Shown piece by piece: positions 62,216-64,000 of a stretch of 64,000 bases of DNA (the stretch's first letter is position 1; every line of letters begins with the position of its first letter). Position numbers and translations under genes: made by a program. The stretch lies in the NCBI RefSeq assembly GCF_009914755.1, contig NC_060928.1; one strand, 5' to 3'. The notes beneath the pieces were generated by a model. That model did not search any database and had not been told where the DNA came from. It worked only from the letters and a program-made list of their open reading frames with translations. The DNA is from the human T2T-CHM13v2.0 reference genome, Homo sapiens.

Positions 62216-62608
62216 GTTGTCATGGGCTGAATTGTGTCTCCCCCAAAATAATAAAGTCCTAATCCATAGTACCTCAGGATGTGCATGTAATTGAAGATGT
62301 AGTCTTTAAAAAGGTAATTACATTAAAAATTAGGTCATTAGGGTGGATCTTCATCCAATACCACTGGTATCTTTAAAAAAGGAAGAAATTAGGACACACA
62401 CACACACACAAACACGGAGGGGAGACCATGTAAAGATAGTGAAAAGATAGCCATCTAGAAGTCAAGGAGAGCGACCTCAGAAAACTCCAACCCTGCCAAT
62501 ACTTTGATCTTGGACTTGTGGCCTCCAGAATTGTGAGAAAATAAATTTCTGTTGTTTAAATCACTCAGTGTGTGGTACTTTGCTATGGCAGCCCTAGCAA
62601 AGTAATAC
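62216..62608 (+). mobile_element. MLT1B-like solo LTR inserted in an L2 fragment (~62070-62960)
   Basis: tgggctgaattgtgtctcccc...ggcctccagaattgtgagaaaataaatttctgttgttt...ggcagccctagcaaagtaataca. Confidence 0.85.
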
Positions 62609-64000
62609 ACAGGCCTATACCTCTCACTTCTCCTTATAATCCTCTTCTCCTTAACCCTTGCTCCCGATTTTTATTGTTTTTCATCCTCTGCATTCAGCCC
62701 AGTAAACATAAACATAATAAACATAGTAAATGTGAGCAAAGGGTCATGGCATTTATTATTCTCTATGCCTAGAATCATTTGCATCCTAATCTTTGATTGG
62801 CTGGCTCCTTCTTGTCCCTTAAAAAAAATGTCACTCAGGGACAAATGTTGTCTCCACTGAGAGGCCTTCCCTGACCTCCCCATTCAAAGTAATCTTTCAA
62901 TCAGCCTTGGTCACCCTCATGTTATCTTGTTCTTTTTATTATAGTGCTCAGTATTAGAAATCATGAAACAAGTCCCTTTATGAATTATATAGCATTGTAC
63001 TCCCAAGCAAGCCTATCATTTGTCCTCTGGTGCCTGAAATTTTTGTTCTTATTCTGACTATAGGGATGGTTGGAGTCAAGGTAACTGACAGACCCCTCAC
63101 AGAGGTGCTCATGCTTGTCCATGTTATCCTATCTCTTCCCTCCATCCTAGAGGGAAGATATCTGGAGTATAGTCCACCCAGTAGTTTCCAGGCTGCAACA
63201 GTGTCCCCCACCCGTACTGGATTATAATTTTTTTAAAGAGGCTAAAGAGAAATTTGTCCATATGCTTTTAGTGTCTCACAGATATTTTGAATATTAGGTT
63301 CTGCTACTTTATTATGGTTCCCTCTTTCTAGGGAGTAGAAGTGAATCCAGGGAAATTGAACAGGAAAATAGTCTGAATGATAATAACAATTGCCGCTCCT
63401 TTATAATAACAACTCATTGTTCTTGGAACAAACTTGCTAAGTTTTATTTCCTTGTCTGTGGTCCATAACAATATTTGCCCAAGGGATTGCTTGAGGATTA
63501 AATACGGTAATGTATATCAAGTTTCTAAGAAACAGCCTGTTATGTATTATGACTCAGTAGCAGTTAGCTGCCCTTATTGTTGCTAAATGTTAAGCCCTGA
63601 GATAAATTTTAACTAAACCTCTTTGATACAAATCTATACCTGAATGCATTCTATACTTACTTTCTTAAAATGTGACTTAAGCACAGATATCTGAGTACCT
63701 ATGTGTATTTCTCAATATTCAAGTGCTGTTGTTGCTATTTTTAGCCTCTTCATATTAATAATTTTAAAAACTCTTCCTTTGAAAATAATGACAGAAAATT
63801 GACAAAAGGCTACTCTGTATTCTTAAGGGAAGTAATTATAATTATGCCGAGCAGAAGGTAAAATTATAATTTGTTAGCTATTTTGTTATGCTTTACCAAA
63901 AATTTATCACAGTTTTAGTGAAAGAGCCATAAACTTTAGTAGACTTCTAAGATATAGCAATGAATGCACTGCTATTGAGGAAATAGAGTCATTATAATGC

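Noticed and set aside
63050-63086. Possible 17-nt microexon (tatag|...caag|gtaact) and overlapping 65/77-aa ORFs
   Set aside because: Weak pyrimidine tract, length not a multiple of 3, and no recognisable protein similarity

Overview
Eukaryotic, primate (hominoid-like) AT-rich genomic DNA, most likely intronic or intergenic. I found no cellular protein-coding gene that I can name, and no prokaryotic features, CRISPR, rRNA or tRNA. A large share of the window is transposable elements: a near full-length, frameshifted L1PA4-like LINE-1 (20984-27163, minus strand, with TSD); a young L1PA2-like insertion (12292-14567) that splits an MST LTR; an internally deleted L1MA2-like element splitting an ERVL internal region; solo LTRs (LTR10, LTR19-like, LTR16/33-like, MLT1/MST); about ten Alus; and DNA-transposon fossils. 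All long ORFs are L1 ORF0/ORF1/ORF2 remnants. The best signals are mechanistic. (1) The L1PA2-like insertion shows both a 5' twin-priming inversion and an ~170-bp 3' transduction with its own AATAAA and second poly(A). (2) A locally templated 71-bp inverted insertion with a 9-bp duplication sits at 36.3 kb. (3) The full-length L1 has an intact, extended ORF0 whose splice donor is in frame with a candidate 94-nt exon 7.4 kb downstream. (4) A GATA/ETS/RUNX-rich candidate promoter with a mini-intron lies at 40.9-41.2 kb. I cannot support a claim of a new biological system. Repeat subfamily names come from recalled consensus sequences, not from a search.
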